In this document: positions 27,073 through 36,729 of the stretch, piece after piece
How the letters are laid out: every line of letters begins with the position of its first letter
Numbering within the stretch: position 1 is the stretch's first letter
Assembly: GCA_951406725.2 (NCBI GenBank)
Contig: OX597815.1
Location: 79,050,001-79,114,000 of the forward strand
Origin: Octopus vulgaris
Taxonomy: Eukaryota
Direction: 5' to 3'
Length of the DNA: 64,000 nt
Position numbers and translations under genes: made by a program
The notes under the pieces: generated by a model
Told to the model about the DNA's origin: nothing
What the model saw: the letters and a program-made list of their open reading frames with translations, nothing else
The model's database searches: none

Positions 27073-28860
27073 GGGAGTATGGCTCCAAATTTACAGGGGA
27101 AAATTAGATTTAGAATTAAATCAAATTTCACAGTATAAATACATAAAATATGAATTAGAGATAAAACCACTATTAGGCAACTCAAACAATGATATACATA
27201 AACCAATACATAAATAACAAATAATATAAATATAATTAATATAATATATAATATATATTGTTACGAACCTGCCGTCGCTCAACTCGAACCCGGGACCCTA
27301 CTAAGTCGAGCGACGACAAATGACCAGGCTCAGTCAAACGGAATCCGCCACACAGAGAAAACGGTGGTGGGAGATGTCAGCGAACTCGAACCGGTGACCG
27401 GAGATAACAACAACAACAATAGGAAGAGAGAGACACGGCGGAAGGCAGTAGCTTACGTTTAACAACAGTTTATAAAATTATTACAACATAAAATAAAACG
27501 TAATACATATCAGATACATTAAAGAAAATAACATGCAACAGAATTAAAAAGAAAAACAACAAAGGCATGCACGATACAGAACGTCCGAAAACAGTCAAAA
27601 CATTAATGTTCAACGCAAAACAGTTCGAAACAGTTCCAATCAAAGTCTTTCTCTTTCTTTCTTTTTCTCTTTAACACAATTCATAATGTTCTTTTCCCTT
27701 CTTTTCTTCCTCTTTTCCTTCTCTTTTTTTTTGACACAATTCTTTTTTTTTTCAGTTCTTTTTTTCAACGCACATCAACAACAATTTCAGATCCTACTAC
27801 AACAATCTACGCCTTCTCGCCGTAATCTCTCTCAGTTCCTTTCTATTGGCATGTCCTCAATACTATCTGCCTGTCTTTCTCGCCACTTGCCAACTGTCAT
27901 CTCTGCATCGACCCTCTCGCCAACTGATTCTGTTGCCAACTGACCAACAAACTCCCAGCTCGCCGTATTTTAAAGGGTAGCAGATTTATTTTTTTTTTAA
28001 ACTTTCCCTGACCGGAAAGGGTTAGATGTCTCTTCCAAACTCATTAATTTCTCTAGAAATTGACAGGACAAAGGCCCATAACCTGTCTCCCTAGTCAAGC
28101 TGGCACCAAACCACAAAACTGGGTCATAGCACTTTTTTTTCCGAATGACCCCGTATCAATATATATAATTTTTTTTTCTTGAGACTCAGAAATAAAACCA
28201 AATACATATGTCCATTAGCCCTTTTTACGTTAATTAGTCTTTTCAGGAATATTTTTGTACCAAGAAAAAATGATATTGTCCTATTTACATTTCACACCTT
28301 TCAGAATTTGCAAATTTTCTTCCAAGTTTTTCCCACTATATGTCCAAATATTCTTTGTAGGATTTAAAATATGGTATCTGATCTGGTCTAGACAAAATAT
28401 TCAGAATTCTTCCACCCAATATTTTTTTTATTCCTTTTGGAATATGGGCAGGAAAATTACTTTGTTAAAAATAACTTTGTATTTCTCTCCAGATAATATA
28501 TTTTCGCAAACTGGGGAGTAATGCTCTTTGTAACGGTTCTAGGCCAACCATATCCCTTACTCCCTTTTGTAGAACTAGTTTTAAAGAAGTGTAGACCTAT
28601 TCTATTTACAGACGAGAAATAAATCTTTTCTTCCGCCCAGTAGCTTATTGGTTTACGAAGAATAACAATTTGATTTTTTTAAATAAACATGTCAGTATTA
28701 TATTTCTTTTTCTTTGAAGGCATATATTTAACACAAAGGAAAAAAATATAGGAATATCACAGTCCAGTTTAAAATTAAAGCTATTAATGCACTACTTTAG
28801 ATTTAAAGAAACTTCTTAGAGACTTTCAGTTAAAAGAAACCTAAATGTACACTTCCTACG
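27068..28860 (-). mobile_element. degenerate Penelope-like element remnant, interrupted by LTR-like insert
   Basis: Minus-strand fragments (DQIPYF, KCK.GQYH, C..ISESQE) resemble the C-terminal GIY-YIG region; begins at a (TA)n array; many stops. Confidence 0.45.
27259..28158 (-). mobile_element. probable solo LTR (Gypsy-like)
   Basis: 900 bp bounded by TGTTACG...CGTATCA (imperfect inverted TG..CA ends); ATAT on both flanks; non-coding and CpG-rich. Confidence 0.65.
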
Positions 28861-28935
28861 ATTTATACCTTTTCCAAACATCTTACTATAAAAAAGACAA
28901 TTCAAAACAACCTATCATCAATTTTCTAAAAATAC

Positions 28936-29157
28936 CTATTTCTTTACTACCCACAAGGGGATAAGCAAATAGAGGACAAACAAGGACAGACAAACGGATT
29001 AAGTCGATTATATCGACCCCAATGCGTAACTGGTAATTAATTTATCGACCCCGAAAGGATGAAAGGCAAAGTCGACCTCGGCGGAATTTGAACTCAGAAC
29101 GTAACGGCAGATGAAATACAGCTACGCATTTCGCCCGGCGTGCTAACGTTTCTGCCA
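28936..29157 (-). mobile_element. tRNA-derived SINE (family B)
   Basis: Minus strand TGGCAGAAACG box A, GAGTTCAAATTCC box B, CTTTCATCCTTTCGGGGTCGATAAA central domain; second degenerate copy adjacent at 29160-29350. Confidence 0.9.
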
Positions 29158-30129
29158 TTTAAAATTTTGGTACAAGGCCGGCAATTTCGTTCGATGAATA
29201 ACGTTAGTCGATAACGTTGACCAATAATTTATTTTATCGTCCTCGAAGGATAAGTCGATGTCGTCGAAATTTGATCTCAGAACGTAATGAATCGGAAGAA
29301 ATACACTAAAACTTTCGCCTGACGTGCTAACGAATCTGCCAGCTCACCACCCCATTAAATAAACACAATCAGTACAGGCCAAGATTGATCCTTTGTCCAA
29401 GGTGTATATGTGTTGCTGTGTCTGTATGTCTTTACCCACAGGACCATCGAGACAATAACGATTTTCTAAATACACCTATTAATCTCTTCTGCCTTGCCTG
29501 ACAAATTCGTTCTGGAAATTTTCGGAGTTCAGTTTTCCTTCATGAAACTGTATGAAACTTAACGAAATACACTTTTCTTCTTTAAAAGCGTGTAGGGGTA
29601 GTTTTGTAGCATTAGAAGTCATATAACCTATTTAAACTGCAGTATATACTTAGCCAAGGTCAATCATAAACCCTAGGATTCATAAAGTCGAGGTCTTACC
29701 AGGTTTCCATGACGTAAAAGTGACTAAGATCACATTTTCCACTGAACGAGACGCCGAGCAGTCGCAGGGTTAGCTTTCCGGAAAATTTTGGAATCCATTT
29801 ACAGTTAAGTGAAGTAGAATAACGTGTAATGAAGTGTTTTGGTCCAAAACACAACGCATCATTCAGTCTCAGGAATCGAAACTACGATTTTACTCTCATT
29901 AGTGCAGTGCCCTAACCACTGGGTCAAGCGCCTTCATTAATTGCAGTACATACTACACTTTAACGCATCATTCATCTATCCATTCCTCCATATATATGCA
30001 TGTATGTATGTATGTATGTATGTATGTATGTATGTATGTATGTATGTATGTATGTATGTCATGATACACACACATATGCATACATACACGTGTATATATA
30101 TAGTCTAGCTCCTTTAATAGGTTCATGAC

Positions 30130-31345
30130 CTTCAGTGTAGCTCCTTTAATCTTTTTGATTTCAGTAGATACCTATCTCTGTGATATTTTTGCAGAAACAT
30201 AAAGAAAATATGCACAACGTAATATAAACCATAATTACAGGATGACATTGGTTTATGGAGGGTTCCAAAAGGAGAAATGTAGCATAATATGCAGTTCCCC
30301 AAACAGAAAACATCCCGTTTATTTCAAGAGGTACGGGAGCCCTTAAACAGCAATAGGATTTATTTAGTGTTGTTGGACCTTGAAGTAAATCCGTTCTTAC
30401 TTTTCTAAGATAATCAGTGAAACCAAAAGTAGGAAAGACTTTCGCCCCCCCCCCCCACTCCATTTTCTCCCAAAATTGTTTATTTTTGTAATTTTTTTTT
30501 TTTTTTGCCAAAAATCCCCGTTTTCGAATATGGAGGTTCCGGAAAATTGCCAAAAATCGGCATTGTGAAAATTTCCTCCTACTTTCCCTCCAACTTCTTC
30601 AATTTTTACTTTTTTCCCCAACGCTAACCCTAAAACCCTAACTCTAAAATCCTAACCCTAAAACCCTAACCCTAACCCTAACCCTAAAACCGTAACCGTA
30701 AGTACAGAAATGTTTTGAAATTTTTGTCCGAAACATGATGTCCGTATTTTTCCGCATATTTTAAAAAAAAATTGTGAAAAAAGTTAAAAATGAAGGAAAT
30801 GGGGGTGTGGGAGGTAATGTAGAAATGTCGATTTTTGCCAATATTTTTGCAGATTTGCATTCCCCGTAACCGAAAAAAAAAATTTTAAGGGTGGGCTTTT
30901 TTGTGTGTGTGTGTGTGTGGGGGGGGGTCTTGCCTAAAAGAGTTTGTACGTGATCGCCTAAACTGCTAGAGATAGTAGTGAATTGTCTCTCAAATAAAAA
31001 AAAGGACTAAATTAGTTAATGCAGTCCTAGGTACCCGCTAAATGACAGGATACAGATAACAAAGACATCTTTGATCATGGATTAAGCTCGCCCTGATCTA
31101 AACTCGGGTTAAATATTAAAATAGGAATAAAATTCGAACTGATTTATTATTCCATTAGGTTATTGAAAGAGCTGTGAGAATATTTAAACACTCATACGTT
31201 TACAAAAAAACAAAAAACAAAAAAACATAGAAAACAAAGTGTTGATATTCAAATTAGTTCTACGACAGAACTAATTCAACTAATGTCATGAACCTATTTA
31301 ACAGGCGATTCACAGAATGATCAGAGTATTATGTTATAATATAAA
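30130..31345 (+). repeat. local direct duplication, copy 1
   Basis: High identity to 34176-35030 apart from the insert at 30430-30936. Confidence 0.9.
30430..30936. mobile_element. MITE with TAG termini, 4-bp TSD and internal (CCCTAA)n
   Basis: AAAG|TAGGAAAGAC...GTCTTGCCTA|AAAG; empty site CCAAAAGAGTTTG in the paralog at ~34470. Confidence 0.85.
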
Positions 31346-31864
31346 TATATAATATGTATTATATATACATTTACACATACACTCACGCACACACATGTAT
31401 ACAAAGGATACATCTCAGTTATCAAAGTTATGTAATGGCGTTGATTATACATTCTTCCAACCAGACCACTTAAAATTCATCCCAACTACCACTCATTACA
31501 CTAAAAGGCTTTTTTTTAATATTTTTCGTCAGAACTCCTAGTTTCATTGACCTGTAATACAGTCACGAGAACGATTAACTGTAATATATCTTGATAATTA
31601 AGTGAAGTTTTTACATGCTATTCATTCATTACAAATTTGACTTCAAGAGGAACCCTTGTAGAGCAACTAATATTAATGTCTTCGCACTCCTATAATTTGC
31701 ATGTCAAGTAGTTTTTTCTTTCCATTGTTATAAAACATTTCAAACATCCAAATCTGTTAAACAATACGACCTTGATTTATACAGCTGAACATTAAGGACT
31801 AAATTAATTGTGCTTTATCACAATTTTCATTAAGTTTGAGTAATTTAAATGATTTTTCTTGTAG

Positions 31865-32001
31865 CTTTTATACAAGAGGAAAAGCAATATTTATTACCCT
31901 TTACATGGCCTCTGAGATTGTTGGAAGAGAAGGAGGAAGAAAGTATCCTCAAACTGGAGACCTTGTTCGAATGTTAGCAACAGAAAAATTTTCCGCTAAA
32001 G
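31865..32001 (+). other. candidate isolated coding exon (unidentified)
   Basis: tttttcttgtag acceptor, 137-bp stop-free frame FYTRGKAIFITLYMASEIVGREGGRKYPQTGDLVRMLATEKFSAK, AAG|GTATCC donor; protein not recognised. Confidence 0.3.
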
Positions 32002-32514
32002 GTATCCATGGGGTCAAATGATGTTTACTGGGCAATGGTTTAAGTCTATCACCCAAATAGACCATAGCAGAATTTGAACTCAGAATGCAGAGAGCCGAGA
32101 CAAATACGATATTCATTCCAACGTTCTTACAATTTTGTCACTCCACAGCCCTAGATTTATTTTTATGAAACTGGCCTCGGTAGCATTTGAACTCAAAGAA
32201 TGGAAGTAGAAATAAATACCATAAGGCATTCACTCTGACACTCTGAAGAAAGGATTCTACAATGAAAATATTAAAGAGTAAAAGAATTCAATAATGTAAA
32301 TGTTTTACGTGTCAATTGTTTATTTATGTTCGCCTGTAGTTTAAACATTGATCGACTAATTGTAATCTAGGTTTTACCAACAATGTTTAAAGTATACGCC
32401 GTACTCCACCACCAAAATCTAGTTATGTTTTAAGCTACCGAAAATTATGTAACTTGGGTAATTGTTCAGTTTAGGGATATTAAAAAGTAAATAAAAATTA
32501 AGAGATTACTAGTA

Positions 32515-32764
32515 AAGCCTAAATAGTGTGTACACTCACGAAGTGATTGCATATGAAGACAATTTCGTTTATTCTTCAAATAGGGACGTTCACACACAAA
32601 ATATTGAAAATATGAGGATGTGTGTGAAACGGAAACTACGACGTCAATTTGGAACATCAGCTGAATTGTTTGTGTCCTATTTACACGAATTCATATGACG
32701 CAATTCCATAGAGAAGAAAAAGACATTTGTTCACTTTTTGGTTGCTATATCCAGTATTTATGTT
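32515..32764 (+). pseudogene. Merlin (ISXO2/IS1016-like) transposase C-terminal remnant
   Basis: Translates YTHEVIAYEDNFVYSSNRDVHTQNIENMRMCVKRKLRRQFGTSAELFVSYLHEFI*R, matching the H..NFV..HTQ.IE..YL.EF.WR signature. Confidence 0.8.
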
Positions 32765-32967
32765 CATTATTTACATTTGGCGGATATTTGTCCTCATCTT
32801 GTTTGTTGTTAACACAACATTTCGGCTGATATACCCTCTAGCCTTCATCAGGTGTCTTGGGGAAATTTCGAAACTTTGATATTTTTCGATGTTATTATTA
32901 TTATCATTATTATTATTCAGGACAAATGCAAATAACGTACATAATTCCTCATTTCTTAAATATAGAA
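32765..32967 (-). mobile_element. ~200-bp non-autonomous Penelope-associated insertion with 13-bp TSD
   Basis: CAGTATTTATGTT at 32752-32764 and 32968-32980; contains a hammerhead-like motif. Confidence 0.7.
32811..32856 (-). ncRNA. minimal type I hammerhead ribozyme-like motif
   Basis: GACAC-CUGAUGA-A-GGCU(loop)AGCC-GAAA-UG-UU-GUGUU: stem I GACAC/GUGUU, stem II GGCU/AGCC, near-palindromic stem III AAUGUU. Confidence 0.65.
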
Positions 32968-34175
32968 CAGTATTTATGTTGTGTAACAGTAAATTGACTT
33001 ATTCATATCCCTTTACTAGTTATCTCCCCTTTAATTTTATTTACTTTTTAATATCACTAAACTGAACAACTACTTGTAACTTGTTATAAAAAAAGAAGAT
33101 ATTTTCGTTGTTATATCTCACCACAAGTACAAACCCTCTTAACGAAAATTCGAAGTTAATCTTGCTTTCCATGTTTTGCCTTGTTAATTTACAAATTATT
33201 CGATATGAACATCAACTGCATCGTGAATGGGCACAAACCCTTCCTTCGTATGTTAAGAGAAAAGAGAAAAAAACGCACACACACACACGCATACACAATT
33301 TACACTTAAACAAAGCAACAAAGATATGGCTAAATTAATGTGAAATCTATGAAAATTTAAGCGAGAACAAAAGACAAGAGTTTAGATATTTTTTGAACTA
33401 GCGAAGAAATAAATTCCACGTCGTGTTTAAAAAGCATTTATATTCTTTAAAAGAAAATCCAGAAACTGCTGGTGGCCTGCATTGTCAATAAAATATAGTG
33501 AATTTCATTGGTTATGGAATGAAGAGGATTTTGGAAGTTCGAGTTTGTCCCTTTGTGTGAATTTTATCCCTCGAGCGAAATGACAATCTGAAAACATCAG
33601 ATTCTTCTTGCAACAGCATACGAACTTAGAGTCTTGTATCGTTCATTTCATACATTGTAGCTCCTCAGTCTGTTTTGACAATGATTTTTGCACACTTTTG
33701 TCTTGTCTGGGACGTATGACTATTTACATGTCTTCTGAGTCAAGTCGAAAGCCTATTCACATTTCTTGTTCGTGCTTTGTGTGAGTCTTCTGTTCAGCTT
33801 CTTGCTTCCGCTTCTGAACTCCGCAAAACGCTTTGCGGCCATGTCAATGCGAGTTCAAAACCATTTACAAGGTTTAATTAACACAAGAAGAAGGATCAAT
33901 TTTTTTTCCGTTTATATCAAGTTTTGTCTAATTTACCGTGTTTTTTCTAACGTCTAATTGTTTTCCTCATTTTTCTGTATAATCTTTTGGTGCAATATTT
34001 TTCTCCTTTCCATCCCCACACCACTTCATGTATGTTCCTTCCATGTGCATTTTTGTGTTCTTATATGTCTCTCAGTCCACCTGCCCGTTAATACTCCTCT
34101 CAACTTCCTCCATTTCTTATCTCTCCCTATAAAATTCTTTGTTTTGAACTTTTCTCGTATCTGTCCAAAACTTTC

Positions 34176-35030
34176 TTCAGTCTAGCTCCTTTAATCTTTT
34201 TGACTTCAGTTGATACCTAGCTCTGTGATGTTTTTGCAGAAACATAAAGAAAATATGCACAACGTAATATAAACCATAATTACAGGATGACATTGGTTTA
34301 TGGAGGGTTCCAAAAGGAGAAATGTAGCATAATATGCAGTTCCTCAAACAGAAAATATCCCGTTTATTTCAAGAGCTACAGGAGCCTTTAAACAGCAATA
34401 GGATTTATTTATTGTTGTTGGACCTTGAAGTAAATGCGTTCTTACTTTTCTAAGCTAATCAGTGAAACCAAAAGAGTTTGTACGTGATCGCCTAAACTGC
34501 TAGAGATAGCAGTGAATTTTCCCTCAAATAAAAAAGGGCTAAATTAGTTAATGCAGTCCTAGGTACTCGCTAAATGACAGGATACAGATAACAAAGACAT
34601 CTTTGATCATGAATTAGTTCGCCCTGATCTAAACTCGGGTTAAATATCTATTTCTTTACTACCCACAAGGGGCTAAACACAGAGAGGACAAACACACGGA
34701 TTAAGTCGATTATATCGACCCCAGTGCGTAACTGGTACTTATTTAATCGACCCCGAAAGGATGAACGGCAAAGTCGACTTCAGCGGATTCGGGTTAAATA
34801 TCATTCAAATAGAAATAAAATTCGAACTGATTTATAATTCCATTAGGTTATTGAAAGAGCTGTGAAAACATTTAAGCACTCATACGTTTACCAAATAACG
34901 TATAGAAAACGAGGTGTTGATATTCAAATTAGTTCTACCACAGAGCTAATTCAACTAATGTCATGAACCTATTTAACTGGCAGTTGATTCACAGAATGTT
35001 CAGAGTGTTATGTTTTAATATAAATAATGA
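34176..35030 (+). repeat. local direct duplication, copy 2
   Basis: High identity to 30130-31345; carries its own SINE insertion. Confidence 0.9.
34649..34788 (-). mobile_element. 5'-truncated SINE family B with 14-bp TSD
   Basis: TCGGGTTAAATATC at 34635-34648 and 34789-34802; absent from the paralog at ~31105. Confidence 0.9.
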
Positions 35031-35089
35031 AAATGTACAAAGAGGTATTGTTATGAATATTTTACATCGTATACATTAACATTGATTTG

Positions 35090-35250
35090 ACACTATCGAT
35101 TAATGTTTGTATTTCAACTTTGTCATTTCCATATGCTTGTAAACTCTCTATATAAACGATATTACTTTATCGCCTGCCCGTCTTGTTATTCAAGTTAATA
35201 TAAATAAAACGATTATATACAAGGATAAAGAGAGTGGTACGACCGTAAGT
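35090..35250 (+). promoter_or_regulatory. candidate promoter / non-coding first exon
   Basis: DRE-like TATCGAT (35094-35100), CpG-containing unique sequence, consensus donor GTAAGT at 35245; CpG depletion starts just downstream. Confidence 0.35.
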
Positions 35251-35559
35251 TGATTAAAAGAAAAACTTTAAGAATTACCGTTTCTTTTATGTATTCTAAC
35301 CGCTGGCAGAAGCAAAATAAATAATCAATACGTCTGAAGAGATCCAGTGATATATATAGTGAGAGTGAAAGAGAGGGGGGATAAATGATATGTATGTTAA
35401 TGTAGAGCAGGGTGGTAGAAGTTATTCTGGAGTACCCAACTTTAACAACAAAGTCGACATGGCTCACATGGCATGCTCCTTGATCCCCAGGCCTTTTCGG
35501 TCTATGGACGCTCTAACCATTACCCTTCTCGCCACTTTCACTCATTCTCACCTTGGATA

Positions 35560-36127
35560 ATCTTGTTCACTGTAGTCTCCCTATATGAACAAAATATTTA
35601 AATTGAAGTGCACCAGAGATCAAATCACAAGAAAAATTGATATGATAGACCTTGATTATTGGGATTACCATGAGAAATTCAAACTTGATTCCTTCCAACA
35701 ACGCTGCAAATGCCATATCATTTGTATGATGTGGAAAATATTCCGACAACATTGCCCAAATGACGTTGGTAACAACTTTAAAATTCACCAAAGACTTGGT
35801 CCCCGGTTTAATCCTTGCATCATATCACAACACTAAGAACTAGTTCATCTCAATTAGCCTTGCTCTCTTTAACATCTTGCCAAGATACATAAAAGAAGAA
35901 AAAGATTTCATAATATCCAAACAGTTCCTGGATGAATATCTCCAACAAATTCCAGATAAACCACCTACACCCAAATATAATTGTGTAAGGAATAAATCTA
36001 TATTTGAATAGGATATGGTGTCTAAAGAATGACTATAATATGAAACATCATTAAATATCTTTTCCAAGTGGTGCAGTTAAGTTAGCTATAACCTGAGCCA
36101 ATTGTGGCTGAAACTTTTCTAAGTATT
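35560..36127 (+). mobile_element. CR1-group LINE 3' fragment (degenerate)
   Basis: ITRKI..LDYWD...LDSFQQR..IICMMWKI and LFNILPRYIKEE..FLDEYLQQIPDKP motifs. Confidence 0.75.
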
Positions 36128-36128
36128 C

Positions 36129-36174
<46 letters not shown>

Positions 36175-36177
<3 letters not shown>

Positions 36178-36412
36178 TCATCGTTTAACGTCCGTTCTCC
36201 ATGCTAGCATGGGTTGGACAGTTCGACCGGGGATCTGGGAAGCCAGAAGGCTGCACCAGGCTCCAGTCTTATCTGGCAATGTTTCTACAGCTGGATGCCC
36301 TTCCTAACGCCAACCACTCCGTGAGTGTAGTGGGTGCTTTTTACGTGCCACCTGCACAGGTGCCAGGCGAGGCTGGCAACGGCCACGGTCGGATTGGTGT
36401 ATTTTATGTGCC
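36175..36412 (-). mobile_element. RTE 3' UTR-type element with (GAT)n tail
   Basis: Reverse complement of the 1620-1940 family, embedded in (TA)n. Confidence 0.8.
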
Positions 36413-36729
36413 ATATATATATATATATTTCACAGATTAAATCCAGATATTCTGTATATAGAAGACACTTAGTAGTGCTCAAAAGATTCAAACTTAAATT
36501 CTGATGTCTTTACAGGGGATCATTCCACAAGGTAAAGAAAGGATATAAGAGTATAAAAGCAATTATGGAAATAAGCAAATTAGACACATCAAATATATTA
36601 AATATACTAAGTATATCAAATACAAACTATGTATATATGTATACATGCAAAACAAGGGAAAGCAAAAGGTGGAAACTTTCTGATGATGAACGATGAATTT
36701 ATATGTATAAATATATATATATATTTATA

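Noticed and set aside
30625-30700. Chromosome end or telomere fusion scar
   Set aside because: The repeats are short, degenerate and internal to a TSD-flanked MITE.
33400-33960. Possible Helitron N-terminal remnant (CCKK motif, minus strand)
   Set aside because: Too degenerate to call.
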